This document shows, one piece after another, positions 18,701-27,412 of a stretch of 64,000 nucleotides of DNA (the first letter of the stretch is position 1; every line of letters begins with the position of its first letter). The position numbers were made by a program, and so were the translations under genes. Under the pieces are notes generated by a model. It saw only the letters and a list, made by a program, of their open reading frames with translations. It made no database searches and was not told the DNA's origin. This stretch comes from Minisyncoccota bacterium (GTDB lineage: Bacteria > Patescibacteriota > Minisyncoccia > Phycocordibacterales > SBAW01), in contig DASZWN010000001.1 of the NCBI GenBank assembly GCA_035546575.1, positions 119,254-183,253 on the forward strand, written 5' to 3'.

Positions 18701-19997
18701 AGGTGCCCAAGGCGGCGGCGGCGGATCGTTCGGTGCCCCGAGCACTAACGCTGTAGGCGGCGATGCGGCTAATGGGAAGGGCAATTCCAGCAAATATTCG
18801 GGAGGGAACGGCGGATACGGATATGGAGGGACTTCGGGCGGCGGTGGCGGCGCTGCCGGTCCTGCCGGTAAAGGGGGCGCAGGCGGTCCTGCTTTTGGAG
18901 GGACTGCAGTATCAGGTGCTGGCGGTGGTGGCAATGGCGGCGGCACAGACGGTACAAAGGGCGCGGGAGTAACTACCGGCGGGGCGGGTGGAAATAATGC
19001 GAATGGTACCGGCGGAGGGACAGCGGGCAATCCCGGTAATCCTGGTTCCAGCGGCGGCGGAGGCGGTGGTGCCGGAGGAGGAAACAGTAATCCCAATGTT
19101 GCCGGCGGAGCAGGAGGCGGAGGGATTGAATGGGATTCTTCTCACGGTTCGGGCGGCGGCGGCGGCGCTGGCGCACGGAAGAATAGCTCTATGTCCAATG
19201 GAGGAAACGGCGGACTGTATGGCGGCGGCGGCGGTGCCGGAGGAGCGGATGCCGGCACCGGTGCCTGCGGCACAGGCGGCAATGGAGCTCCAGGCATTAT
19301 CGTCATTACCTATACGCCTGCCGGCGGCACGCTTGATACCTCTGCAGCTCTTCCTGTTACGTTTTCGCTCGCGACGGGTGGTAATAACGCGATTCGCAAC
19401 AGCGACTACACGCTGTCGGGCGCAAGTATTGCAAATCCTTCCGGAAATACACTCACTATTCCGGCAGGACAAGCGTCTGTCGACGTGACAATAACTCCCG
19501 TCCAGGATCTTCTTTATGAAGGCAATGAGCCGGTCACTATGACTATCCAACCGCCTGGCGACTCCAGCTATACCGTCGGTTCTCCGAACAGCGATACTGT
19601 CACCATCGTGGATCAGCAGGGTCCGACATCGTTACCAAATTCTTCAGGAGGGCTCACCTCATGTGTAGGCGTCGCAAGCGCGTCATGCAATCTCGGAGTT
19701 ACGCCGCAGCGTGTCCGCAGCGGAAGCTCCGTAACGGTTACGTGGTACGTGTCTGGTCTCATTACCGGAGCCAACGGGAACGGAAGCGACTCGTGCGTTA
19801 TTACTAAAACTCCTGATGACTCAGTCTTTCCTCAGAGTTGGAATCAATCCGGCAGTACCTGGATAAACGGCGGGGGTGTTTCGTCAGTCATCACTCAAAA
19901 CAGCGTATTCACGCTTACCTGTACCGCCCCTGACGGGATTACTAAAACCAGCACTTCGCAGTTGATCAGCATCATACCGGTTTTCCAAGAGATATAA
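15723..19997 (+). CDS. Giant secreted/surface protein, 1424 aa. Order: seven Cys-containing YKW-P..GCFG..C..FQ repeats, six BNR/Asp-box repeats (TDSGATWT), a Gly-rich TWTVP...VIGGGGG module, a Calx-beta-like domain, then the shared C-terminal domain ending IPVFQEI
   Basis: Signal anchor. Repeats visible in the translation: SxDxGxTW six times, consistent with a beta-propeller. Gly-rich region of about 300 aa. C-terminal ~90 aa homologous to the C-terminus of 6819..7808. Confidence 0.8.
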   Translation: MMSHEFLPRISFNRLTLLAKLTGGVAALVMFAVVFSGRIPISGGLGAATATFADGSVLTLTAADSSVTSGNSTKLSWNANLLPSCFGSDTTGCGKANASIASILPVQVFTIGTDPTPYLLAQNGIYKWITSGPTGAPCFGKDTSSSCGTVFQSIPPLTNGQQGIMAFTASNGTTYLATVEVYASPRLYKWLPTQNSGNGCFGNGTTCMSSAAASMFQNNFPTGPYSEGGFDWEYAYIGGNDYVMLTVGNAVYVYKWIAGTKNCFGDGTNCATPAVQFQTIAPPSPQSFYMRAFSIGTGAYLIVADSTTSTGGNSVVYRWNPTANSSKGCFGSTSSSNCGTAFQSGLSRGASASTAVSVTTLGSDQNPYLFLAPGVGGVGGSDNAGLIYKWNPSGNSSNGCFGTGSGTACGTSSGNFFQKLPLANWQMTATTTPIGTFLVTMVNSYDATPGNVYKWNPTGNGGLGCFGNGTACESATTKTNVWQTPFDYIAAPTTYALLSGNTYIVTPYSATQGGTYGAGIFKPRYPTCSVTWSNAGGSGTIGSGVVGVNVDTPPITQNTTYTLNCVGVGSVQVQVTIAAAAVTPIVSVSTIASPATESGTPGTLRITRAAGTTASKTVFLDSASGWTQRPSAGNRSWSSITSSSDGTKLAAVVGLDSAGYIYTSTDSGATWTERTGAGSHKWGSIASSADGTKLVAVVGGPGEGQSELGYIYTSTDSGATWTQRTGSGSRDWISVTSSSNGTKLAAAVFGGYIYTSTDSGATWTQRASSRLWSSITSSADDGTKLAAAVQSGYIYTSTDSGATWTERTTAGNRYWNSITSSSDGTKLAAGVYPQSPDESIYRSSDSGATWAPDPSVGSHDWQSVTSSSDGTKLAAVTESDTEGGGYSYTGSFPVNQWTVPSDWNSSNNKIEVIGGGGGAASTGGGGAGGGYSKSLNVSLTPGASLAYSVGSGGAGGGPGGTYPSCVLGAVGGNTYICNSTGSCTSLSDSGVLVGAQGGGGGSFGAPSTNAVGGDAANGKGNSSKYSGGNGGYGYGGTSGGGGGAAGPAGKGGAGGPAFGGTAVSGAGGGGNGGGTDGTKGAGVTTGGAGGNNANGTGGGTAGNPGNPGSSGGGGGGAGGGNSNPNVAGGAGGGGIEWDSSHGSGGGGGAGARKNSSMSNGGNGGLYGGGGGAGGADAGTGACGTGGNGAPGIIVITYTPAGGTLDTSAALPVTFSLATGGNNAIRNSDYTLSGASIANPSGNTLTIPAGQASVDVTITPVQDLLYEGNEPVTMTIQPPGDSSYTVGSPNSDTVTIVDQQGPTSLPNSSGGLTSCVGVASASCNLGVTPQRVRSGSSVTVTWYVSGLITGANGNGSDSCVITKTPDDSVFPQSWNQSGSTWINGGGVSSVITQNSVFTLTCTAPDGITKTSTSQLISIIPVFQEI

Positions 19998-20088
19998 TCC
20001 TATAGTCCGGATATATCGTAGATTTGCAGATATTGGCTCTGTATAGTAGAGTATCGGCACACGCCTTTGGGGCGTTTTTACTTGAACG

Positions 20089-20499
20089 ATGGCACGCATC
20101 TCACAACTCGTCCGTAAAGGGCGTACACAGATGAAGAGCAAGACAAAGTCGCCCGCACTCGCGCGCGGCTTTAACGTGCTTAAAAACCGCCCGGTTTACT
20201 ATCCATCGCCTTTTAAGCGTGGCGTATGCACCAAGGTTACGACCACTACTCCTCGCAAGCCTAACTCAGCTATCCGCAAGATCGCCCGCGTTCGCCTCAC
20301 CAACGGTATGGAGATCACCGCCTACATTCCGGGCGAGGGTCACAACCTCCAGGAGCACTCGGTGGTTATCGTGCGCGCCGGCCGCGTGAAGGACATCAAC
20401 GTTCGTTACACGGTTGTGCGCGGCAAGCTCGACGCTGCTGGTGTAGAAAAGCGCAATGTGTCCCGCTCACGCTACGGTGTAAAGCGTCCGAAGAAATAA
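20089..20499 (+). CDS. rpsL: 30S ribosomal protein S12
   Basis: QLVRKGR...[55 protein letters not shown]. Confidence 0.95.
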   Translation: MARISQLVRKGRTQMKSKTKSPALARGFNVLKNRPVYYPSPFKRGVCTKVTTTTPRKPNSAIRKIARVRLTNGMEITAYIPGEGHNLQEHSVVIVRAGRVKDINVRYTVVRGKLDAAGVEKRNVSRSRYGVKRPKK

Positions 20500-20535
20500 A
20501 CTTTTTAACTGAAATAAAATAAATTTTATTTATAT

Positions 20536-21006
20536 ATGCGACGCCCAGTAAAAAACAGAAATATCGTCGGCCCTGATATGAAGTATCAGTCTTTGCGCGT
20601 GGAGAAGTTTATCAACTCGGTCATGCGCGACGGCAAAAAGTCGACTGCCCGCAAGGTGGTCTACGACGCACTCGATATCATAAAAGAAAAGACAAAGGAC
20701 GAGCAGCCGGTCGAGATTTTTGAGACTGCAATCCGCAATGTTGGCCCTGCGATGGAAATCCGCTCCCGCCGCGTGGGTGGCGCCAACTATCAGGTGCCGC
20801 GCGAGGTTCGCCCAGAGCGCAAGCAGGCGCTCGCCTTCCGCTGGATACTCCTTGCTGCCCGCACAAAAAAGGGCAAACCAATGGCAGAGAAACTTGCCGA
20901 GGAAATCATCTTAGCTTCCAACAACGAGGGCTCAGCTATCAAGAAGAAGGACGACACGCTGCGCATGGCAGAATCGAACAAGGCGTTTGCTCACTTTGCT
21001 TGGTAA
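20536..21006 (+). CDS. rpsG: 30S ribosomal protein S7
   Basis: S7 family sequence throughout. Confidence 0.95.
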   Translation: MRRPVKNRNIVGPDMKYQSLRVEKFINSVMRDGKKSTARKVVYDALDIIKEKTKDEQPVEIFETAIRNVGPAMEIRSRRVGGANYQVPREVRPERKQALAFRWILLAARTKKGKPMAEKLAEEIILASNNEGSAIKKKDDTLRMAESNKAFAHFAW

Positions 21007-21029
21007 TTCAGATACATCATGTTTCAAAA

Positions 21030-21057
21030 ACAGCGCCATCGGGCGCTGTTTTTGTAT
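21030..21057 (+). terminator. Intrinsic terminator after rpsG (aacagcgcc-atcg-ggcgctgtt + TTTTT)
   Basis: 9-bp stem, tetraloop, T-run. The following TTGACA-17-TAGTCT promoter-like sequence lies upstream of glmM. Confidence 0.65.
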
Positions 21058-21127
21058 ACGTTGACAAGCACTCTCGCGGCAACTAGTCTTGCCGCAGACT
21101 TGTATTCAGATAAAGGGAGTACGTTCA

Positions 21128-22510
21128 ATGCAGAAACAGAAACCGAAGAAAAACGTCTTCCGTCGGCAGTTCGGCCGCTTTGGTACCGATGGTATCCGCG
21201 GAGTCGCTAATACCGAGGTTACTGCTGAACTTGCAATGCAGGTTGGCAAGGCAGCCGGCGCAGTGTTCATGAAGAATAATGGCGCCCATCGGCACCGTGT
21301 CATTATCGGCAAGGACACGCGCGAGTCGGGCTACATGATCGAGAACGCGATCACGTCCGGCTTTCTGGCCGTGGGAGTCGACGTTCTTCTGACCGGCCCG
21401 CTGCCGACCCCCGCTATTGCAATGCTGACAGTCTCCATGGGTTGTGATATCGGCGTCATGATATCGGCGTCGCATAATCCATATGCTGACAACGGCATCA
21501 AGATATTCGGCTCGGACGGCCACAAGCTGCCCGATTCGGTCGAGGCGGAGATCGAGCAGTTGGTAAACTCTGATCTCTCTGAGTACGCAGCTCAGGCCGG
21601 GAAACTTGGCCGAGCGGAACGTATTCATGAGGTCCAGGGTCGCTACGTCGAGTTTGCGAAGAGGACCCTTCCTCGCAACACCAACTTCGAGAACCTCAAG
21701 GTTGTCATCGACTGCGCCAATGGTGCGGCCCACAAGGTTGCTCCGTGGGTACTGCGCGAGTTGCGTGCTGACGCGATCCCGATCGGGATCGAACCTAACG
21801 GCGTCAATATCAACCAAAAGGTCGGCTCTACGTACCCGTCTACAGTTGCGGCCCGTGTGCTGACCGAGGCGGCTGATGTCGGTATCGCGCTCGATGGCGA
21901 TGCCGACCGTGTCATCATCGTCGACGAGAAAGGGCAAGTCGTCGATGGCGACCAGATCATTGCGGCTATCGCAACCGCGATGCACGAAGGCAAACGTCTG
22001 CGCGGCGGAGTAGCGGTGACCGTGATGTCCAACCTCGGGCTTGAGCACTATCTCCGCGATCGGGATATCAAGGTCACGTACACCAAGGTTGGCGATCGAC
22101 ACGTGAACGAGGCTATGCAGTCGCTGGGGTATAACCTCGGCGGCGAGCAGTCCGGGCATATCATCTGCTCGGATTACTCCACCACCGGAGATGGTCTCAT
22201 TGCTGGCCTTCAGGCGCTCTCGATCCTCAAGAAGTCCGGGCGTCCGGCGAGCGAGGTGTTTCATTGCTTCGATCCGATTCCGCAGGACTTGCGTAACGTT
22301 CTCTACCGAGAGGGCACCAAGCCTTTGGAGCATCTCGCCGTCAAGCGGGTGATTGCCAAGAGCGAGAGGCTTCTTTTGGGGAGGGGTCGCCTCGTAGTTC
22401 GAGAGTCGGGCACTGAATCTGTAATTCGCATCATGGCGCAGGGCGAAAATCGTGCGGAAATCGAGGAAGTCGTACGTAGCATTGCCCACGCTATCGAAAT
22501 GACTTCCTAA
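21128..22510 (+). CDS. glmM: Phosphoglucosamine mutase
   Basis: FGTDGIRG and SASHNPYADNGIK (phospho-Ser loop). RBS GGGAG before the ATG at 21128. The fully overlapping antisense ORF 21125..22489 is rejected. Confidence 0.9.
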   Translation: MQKQKPKKNVFRRQFGRFGTDGIRGVANTEVTAELAMQVGKAAGAVFMKNNGAHRHRVIIGKDTRESGYMIENAITSGFLAVGVDVLLTGPLPTPAIAMLTVSMGCDIGVMISASHNPYADNGIKIFGSDGHKLPDSVEAEIEQLVNSDLSEYAAQAGKLGRAERIHEVQGRYVEFAKRTLPRNTNFENLKVVIDCANGAAHKVAPWVLRELRADAIPIGIEPNGVNINQKVGSTYPSTVAARVLTEAADVGIALDGDADRVIIVDEKGQVVDGDQIIAAIATAMHEGKRLRGGVAVTVMSNLGLEHYLRDRDIKVTYTKVGDRHVNEAMQSLGYNLGGEQSGHIICSDYSTTGDGLIAGLQALSILKKSGRPASEVFHCFDPIPQDLRNVLYREGTKPLEHLAVKRVIAKSERLLLGRGRLVVRESGTESVIRIMAQGENRAEIEEVVRSIAHAIEMTS

Positions 22511-22592
22511 ACAAGCATCGGGGCCGCGGGATTCATACTCCTGCGGCCTCTTTTATTTGCTTTTTGGGTTTCAAATATGCTACTAAAAACCA

Positions 22593-22632
22593 CTGTTCCT
22601 TAAATCTAACGACCGCGTATAATAAGGAACAT
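22593..22632 (+). repeat. 40-bp direct repeat copy 1 (ctgttccttaaatctaacgaccgcgtataataaggaacat). Contains a 9-bp inverted repeat TGTTCCTTA/TAAGGAACA and a TATAAT box, and ends at the ATG of the paaX-like gene
   Basis: Near-identical copy at 23226-23265 (one A/G difference). Confidence 0.75.
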
Positions 22633-23221
22633 GGATATTGAGAAAAGGGTTAAAACTCGAGCACGGCGGCAAAGAATACAGCATATCGTCCTTGGCTCTG
22701 TCTATGCGGCAACTGCTATTGGTATGGCAATGGTCGCACCAAACTCTGTGCAACTATTGCGGCATGTTCAAAAACATTTTGGCCCAAAAGAAAAACTCGG
22801 CCGGCGTATATCTCAAGCTATTACACGCCTACATAGCAAAGGCCTTGTTGTCCGTGTAAAAACTGAAAAAGGTTTCTCGCTCAAACTTACAGAGAAGGGG
22901 AATCGGCTCGCGGAGTCACTGGAGGCAAGAGAGTCTACTCATGCACATACGCCAAAGCGGTGGGACGGAAAGTGGCGGATTGTGATATTTGATGTGTGGG
23001 AGCGCAGGCGGGGAGTGCGCGACCAGTTGCGCCATATGCTCCAAAAAGCAGGTTTCGTAAAAATCCAAAACAGTGTATGGGTGTACCCGTATGACTGCGA
23101 GGAATTGTTTACCTTTCTACGTATCGACCTACATCTGGGGAAGGGGATTCTCTACATCGTTGCAGAAGAAATCGAGCATGACGAAAAGTTGCGCCAGCAC
23201 TTTCACCTCCCACGTCCATAA
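22631..23221 (+). CDS. PaaX-family transcriptional regulator (wHTH plus PaaX_C-like WDGKW domain), short form
   Basis: PKRWDGKWRIVIFDVWERRRGVRDQL matches the PaaX WDGKW signature. The N-terminal region is wHTH-like. Confidence 0.65.
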   Translation: MDIEKRVKTRARRQRIQHIVLGSVYAATAIGMAMVAPNSVQLLRHVQKHFGPKEKLGRRISQAITRLHSKGLVVRVKTEKGFSLKLTEKGNRLAESLEARESTHAHTPKRWDGKWRIVIFDVWERRRGVRDQLRHMLQKAGFVKIQNSVWVYPYDCEELFTFLRIDLHLGKGILYIVAEEIEHDEKLRQHFHLPRP

Positions 23222-23225
23222 GCCT

Positions 23226-23265
23226 CTGTTCCTTAAATCTAGCGACCGCGTATAATAAGGAACAT
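23226..23265 (+). repeat. 40-bp direct repeat copy 2 (downstream of the paaX-like gene, upstream of 23354)
   Basis: Matches 22593-22632. Confidence 0.75.
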
Positions 23266-23353
23266 AGAGAATAAGATTGTACTAGGAACTGACCTGTGCA
23301 CAGCAGCAAAAGCCAACACAGCCTTCGCCCGCCTTGCATGATAAAATAGAATC

Positions 23354-23656
23354 GTGAAAAAGTGGCTATATATCGGTGGTGTTCTCGCCGTTGTTGAGTA
23401 TTTTTTGTGGATTTTCTATGTTTGTGCTTCAGACACAAGTGGCGGATGCGGTGTCGGGTTATTAATTATCCACCCATGGCTTGGTCTTGCTTATATAATC
23501 CAAATTCCCGTTGATGGATCAATTGGCTATATATTAGAGCCTTATTTTTCAGATATTCTTTTCGTAGCTATTCAATTTATAGTAGGAATGTTTTTTGGAT
23601 GGTTAGCATACCGAATATTTAATTGGTTCAAGAAGTTACCGCCCAGCAGTTTCTAG
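23354..23656 (+). CDS. Hypothetical small membrane protein (AT-rich gene)
   Basis: Three predicted TM helices. Lower GC than the flanking genes. Confidence 0.45.
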   Translation: MKKWLYIGGVLAVVEYFLWIFYVCASDTSGGCGVGLLIIHPWLGLAYIIQIPVDGSIGYILEPYFSDILFVAIQFIVGMFFGWLAYRIFNWFKKLPPSSF

Positions 23657-23717
23657 AAGGTTGCATTTTTGCGGTTTTTTAGTATCTTAGTGGTAACGCC
23701 TTTGGCGATTTTTATTT

Positions 23718-25868
23718 ATGGCAGGACGCGACTATCCACTGGAGAAAGTTAGAAACTTCGGCATCATCGCACACATCGATGCGGGCAAGACCACCACGTC
23801 TGAGCGCGTGTTGTATTACACCGGCTCGCAGCACAAGATAGGCGAGGTACACGAGGGCGAGACAACCACCGACTGGATGGAGCAGGAGCGCGAGCGCGGC
23901 ATCACTATTACCGCCGCCGCTATTACCTGCTTCTGGTCCAAGACAAACGAGCCGGACAAGAAGGACGCTTCTAAAAAATTCCGTTTCAATATTATCGACA
24001 CTCCCGGACACATCGACTTTACCGTAGAGGTTAAGCGCTCGATGCGCGTGCTCGACGGCGCAGTGGTGGTGTTCGACGGCGTAGCCGGCGTAGAACCGCA
24101 GTCGGAGACAAACTGGCGCTATGCCGACGAGGCTAATGTGCCGCGCGTCTGTTTTATCAACAAGATGGACCGCATGGGCGCCTCGTTTGAAAAATCGTAC
24201 GCATCGATCCTCGACCGCCTCACCAAGCACGCGGTGCGCATGCAGATCCCGATAGGCGCAGAAGGGGATTTTGACGGCGTTGTCGACCTGCTGAGTATGA
24301 AGGCCTACAAATTTGAGGGCAACATGGGCGAAGATGTTGTTGAGACTGAGGTTCCAGAGAACCTTAAAGAGGAGGCTCTCAAATATCGCGGCATGCTGAT
24401 TGAGAAGATCGTCGAGCAGGACGATGCGCTCATGACCGCCTACCTCGACGGCAAAGAGCCAAGCATAGAGGAGCTTAAAGCCACTCTTCGCAAGGCAGTT
24501 ATCGCAAACAAGATCTTTCCGGTCTACACGGGCTCTGCTCTTAAAAACAAAGGCGTGCAGCTCGTGCTTGATGCGGTGGTGGACTATCTCCCGTCTCCAG
24601 TCGACATGCCGCCGGTTACCGGCACCGATCCTAAGACAGGTAATCCTATCGAGCGCCACGCATCAGACGATGAGCCGTTTACCGCACTCGCATTCAAACT
24701 CCAGGCCGACCCATTTGTGGGCCAGCTCACCTTCTTCCGCGTATACTCGGGCACCATCGAGGCAGGTTCATATATCTACAATTCAACTACCGGTACTAAG
24801 GAGCGCCTTGGCCGTATCGTGCGCCTCCAAGCAAACGAGCGCGAAGAGGTAAAGAAGGTCTACGCCGGCGAGATCGCTGCAGCCGTAGGTCTTAAGGACA
24901 CCAAGACATCGCACACGCTGTGCGACGAGGCACACCCGATCCAGCTCGAGCAGATCAAATTCCCTGAGCCGGTTATTTCTCTGCGCATTGAGCCAAAGAC
25001 AAAGGCCGACCAAGAGAAGATGGGCATGGCAATGAAGAAGCTCGCTGACGAGGACCCAACCTTTAAGGTGTCGACCGACTCCGAGACGATGGAGACCCTC
25101 ATTTCAGGCATGGGTGAGCTCCACCTCGAAATCCTCGTCGACCGCATGAAGCGCGAGTTCGGCGTAGAGGCAAACGTGGGCAAGCCGCAGGTGGCATACC
25201 GCGAGACTATCCAGAAGGAGGCCGAGGCAGAAGGCAAATACATCAAGCAAACCGGCGGTAAGGGCCAGTACGGTCATGTGCGCTTGCGTCTCAAGCCGCT
25301 CGAGCCGCTTGCTGAGGGTGCCAAAATTTCTAAAACAACTACGCGCGAAGATCACTTTGAGTTTATCAACTCGATTAAGGGAGGCGTTGTCCCGAACGAG
25401 TTTATCGGTCCTGTTGAAGACGGCGTGCGCGAGGCTATGGAGCGCGGTATTGTTGCCGGCTTTAAGATGGTGGACATCTCATGCGAGCTCTACGACGGCT
25501 CCTATCACGATGTCGACTCGTCAGAAATCGCCTTTAAGATTGCTGCGTCGATGGGCTTCCAGGAGGCTGCAAAGGCTGCAAAGCCTGTTCTGCTTGAGCC
25601 TATTATGAAAGTGGAGGTTGTAGTGCCAGAGAAGTTCATGGGTGATATTACCGGCTCGCTTAACTCCAAGCGCGGGCAGATCGAGGGTATGGAGGAGCGC
25701 GGTATGGCTCGCGCTGTTAAGGCAAAGGTGCCGCTGAGCGAGATGTTTGGCTACACCACCGCGCTTCGCTCGATGACCGAAGGCCGCGCCTCGTTTACCA
25801 TGGAGTTTGACCACTACGAGGTGGTGCCGCCAAACGTAGCTGCGACCATTGTTGCAGCTCGCAAATAG
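23718..25868 (+). CDS. fusA: Elongation factor G
   Basis: [12 protein letters not shown] and DTPGHIDF G-domain motifs; full-length EF-G. Confidence 0.95.
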   Translation: MAGRDYPLEKVRNFGIIAHIDAGKTTTSERVLYYTGSQHKIGEVHEGETTTDWMEQERERGITITAAAITCFWSKTNEPDKKDASKKFRFNIIDTPGHIDFTVEVKRSMRVLDGAVVVFDGVAGVEPQSETNWRYADEANVPRVCFINKMDRMGASFEKSYASILDRLTKHAVRMQIPIGAEGDFDGVVDLLSMKAYKFEGNMGEDVVETEVPENLKEEALKYRGMLIEKIVEQDDALMTAYLDGKEPSIEELKATLRKAVIANKIFPVYTGSALKNKGVQLVLDAVVDYLPSPVDMPPVTGTDPKTGNPIERHASDDEPFTALAFKLQADPFVGQLTFFRVYSGTIEAGSYIYNSTTGTKERLGRIVRLQANEREEVKKVYAGEIAAAVGLKDTKTSHTLCDEAHPIQLEQIKFPEPVISLRIEPKTKADQEKMGMAMKKLADEDPTFKVSTDSETMETLISGMGELHLEILVDRMKREFGVEANVGKPQVAYRETIQKEAEAEGKYIKQTGGKGQYGHVRLRLKPLEPLAEGAKISKTTTREDHFEFINSIKGGVVPNEFIGPVEDGVREAMERGIVAGFKMVDISCELYDGSYHDVDSSEIAFKIAASMGFQEAAKAAKPVLLEPIMKVEVVVPEKFMGDITGSLNSKRGQIEGMEERGMARAVKAKVPLSEMFGYTTALRSMTEGRASFTMEFDHYEVVPPNVAATIVAARK

Positions 25869-25930
25869 AGCCTACTACTTATCCCCACCCGCCTCTTGCG
25901 GGGAATAGGGAAGATACTAGAATGAAGACA

Positions 25931-25975
25931 ACAGGGTGCGAGCGAAAGCTCGTGCCCTCTCTTCGTTTTAATTAT
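25931..25975 (+). terminator. Intrinsic terminator after fusA (10-bp stem with GAAA tetraloop + T-run)
   Basis: gggtgcgagc-gaaa-gctcgtgccc followed by tctcttcgtttt. Confidence 0.6.
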
Positions 25976-25982
25976 TAGTTTT

Positions 25983-26771
25983 TTGAAAATCATGACAAAA
26001 GCGCAGACGTTATCAGCAACTTTTATAAAAACACTCTACGTGTTTACGGTGATTTTTGCCGTTTTGTTGGCATATGCTTTCTGGGCGCCAAAGGCTCACG
26101 CCGCAGCACTCACCGAGACGCAAATCCAAGCCGTGAGCAGTTTGCTTGCCTCGTTTGGTGCGGAGCAATCAGTGCTGAGTAACGTGCAGTTGGCCCTTAA
26201 GGGTGCATCGCGGGAGGATATTTTAAAAGCGATGGGAGCGAACATGGGCTCAACCTCTCCAAGGGGGGATATGCGCCCAACCCTTTCTAATGTCATGGGC
26301 ACCTCAAGCCCTATTATGTGCCCGATGCTCGTCCGCACGGTGGGTAAGGGCGCAAACGGGGATGATGTCTCTAATCTCCAAGCCTTTTTGCAGAGAAGCG
26401 GCGATTTGAAAGAAGCTTCAACAACTGGTTACTTTGGCCAGAGCACTGAAGATGCGCTCAAGGCATGGCAGGCTCGCCAAGGTATAGCAACGAGCGGCGA
26501 TCGCTCCACGACAGGTTTTGGCGCTGCTGGTCCTAAGACTCGCGATGCGCTGGTAATAAACTGTATGAAGATGCAGGTAGAACAGCAGCAAAAAATGCGC
26601 ATGATGGAGCCGAAGCGCGTCTCGAGCACCACTCCGCTGGTGCCGCCTCCTCCAAAACAAAAAGATTCCGACGTTGTATCGCTCATTAACTCAATCAAGC
26701 AAGTATCCGGGCTTATCTCATTGGGGGCAGCCTCGGTATTTGAGGGCTACACCTCGTTGTTTGAGCAATAA
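25983..26771 (+). CDS. Secreted protein with a peptidoglycan-binding (PG_binding_1-like) domain
   Basis: Signal peptide. GANGDDVSNLQAFLQRSGDL...GYFGQSTEDALKAWQARQGIATSGD...GPKTRDAL fits the PGBD repeat pattern. Confidence 0.65.
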   Translation: MKIMTKAQTLSATFIKTLYVFTVIFAVLLAYAFWAPKAHAAALTETQIQAVSSLLASFGAEQSVLSNVQLALKGASREDILKAMGANMGSTSPRGDMRPTLSNVMGTSSPIMCPMLVRTVGKGANGDDVSNLQAFLQRSGDLKEASTTGYFGQSTEDALKAWQARQGIATSGDRSTTGFGAAGPKTRDALVINCMKMQVEQQQKMRMMEPKRVSSTTPLVPPPPKQKDSDVVSLINSIKQVSGLISLGAASVFEGYTSLFEQ

Positions 26772-26847
26772 CAACTTGCGTATCCTCTTAGGAGTGATTG
26801 AATAGGGGAAGAAGATAACTTGTGTGTAACATGCAGGAGAATGATCA

Positions 26848-27285
26848 ATGTCTATCTCCGAGCTTGAGTTCGAGTTGAAGAGTCGTCGAGCTCCTTACGA
26901 AAAGAACGAAGACGGAAGTCTTGTGCTAAGGGCGGAGAGCAAATCGTGTATATATCCGGTTCTCTTTACCCCTAGCGGTGATCATATCCAGGCCCTCGTG
27001 TGGTTTCCCGCCACCCAGCGTCTTGTCAGTGATGCCAAGGGTCTCTGCAGGAGTATCCTGGCACACTGGGTTTCCGGCATGGACATCGGCTTCGAGTTCA
27101 GTAATGGTAAGTTTTACGCCGGCGCTTTTCTCACCCCACAAAATGTATGGGCCCAGATGGATAAATTCGTCATGGCCTGCGACATACTGACGATCCTTTT
27201 CAAACGTGCGGGAGAGCTGGGTACATGGGATGGGCATCTTATAGACCTCGCATTTACTCCGGTCGAAAGATTGCCTCCCCAATAA
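26848..27285 (+). CDS. Hypothetical cytoplasmic protein (possibly YbjN-like)
   Basis: About 145 aa with no TM segment; weak resemblance only. Confidence 0.45.
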   Translation: MSISELEFELKSRRAPYEKNEDGSLVLRAESKSCIYPVLFTPSGDHIQALVWFPATQRLVSDAKGLCRSILAHWVSGMDIGFEFSNGKFYAGAFLTPQNVWAQMDKFVMACDILTILFKRAGELGTWDGHLIDLAFTPVERLPPQ

Positions 27286-27290
27286 ACTTT

Positions 27291-27316
27291 AACCGCCGGC
27301 CCACAAAGCCGGCGGT
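27291..27316 (+). terminator. Intrinsic terminator (aaccgccggc-cacaaa-gccggcggtt)
   Basis: 10-bp perfect stem. Confidence 0.6.
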
Positions 27317-27342
27317 TGACTCTTTTTCGTGCTCTGCTACTA
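27315..27342 (+). promoter_or_regulatory. Promoter TTGACT-16-TACTAT upstream of tuf
   Basis: -35 TTGACTCTTTT and -10 TACTAT. The same TTGACTCTTTT -35 element also occurs at 33570 and 34674. Confidence 0.55.
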
Positions 27343-27412
27343 TGGCCCTAACGCAATAGGGCGGGCTTTCCTTTGCTTGTAATTAAAAGTTATTAATTAG
27401 GGTTTCTTATAT

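Noticed and set aside
21125-22489. 454-aa minus-strand ORF fully overlapping glmM
   Set aside because: glmM on the plus strand has unambiguous conserved motifs, so the antisense ORF is a GC-rich shadow frame.
23712-24659. 315-aa minus-strand ORF overlapping fusA, and similar antisense ORFs over tuf (27407..27775, 27932..28381), rplB (31702..32151), secY, ftsH (59564..60577), the 1424-aa surface protein (18605..19096, 18912..19550, 16191..16817) and the MGS-amidohydrolase gene (62542..63498)
   Set aside because: All lie opposite strongly supported genes and lack any recognisable features; these are shadow ORFs.
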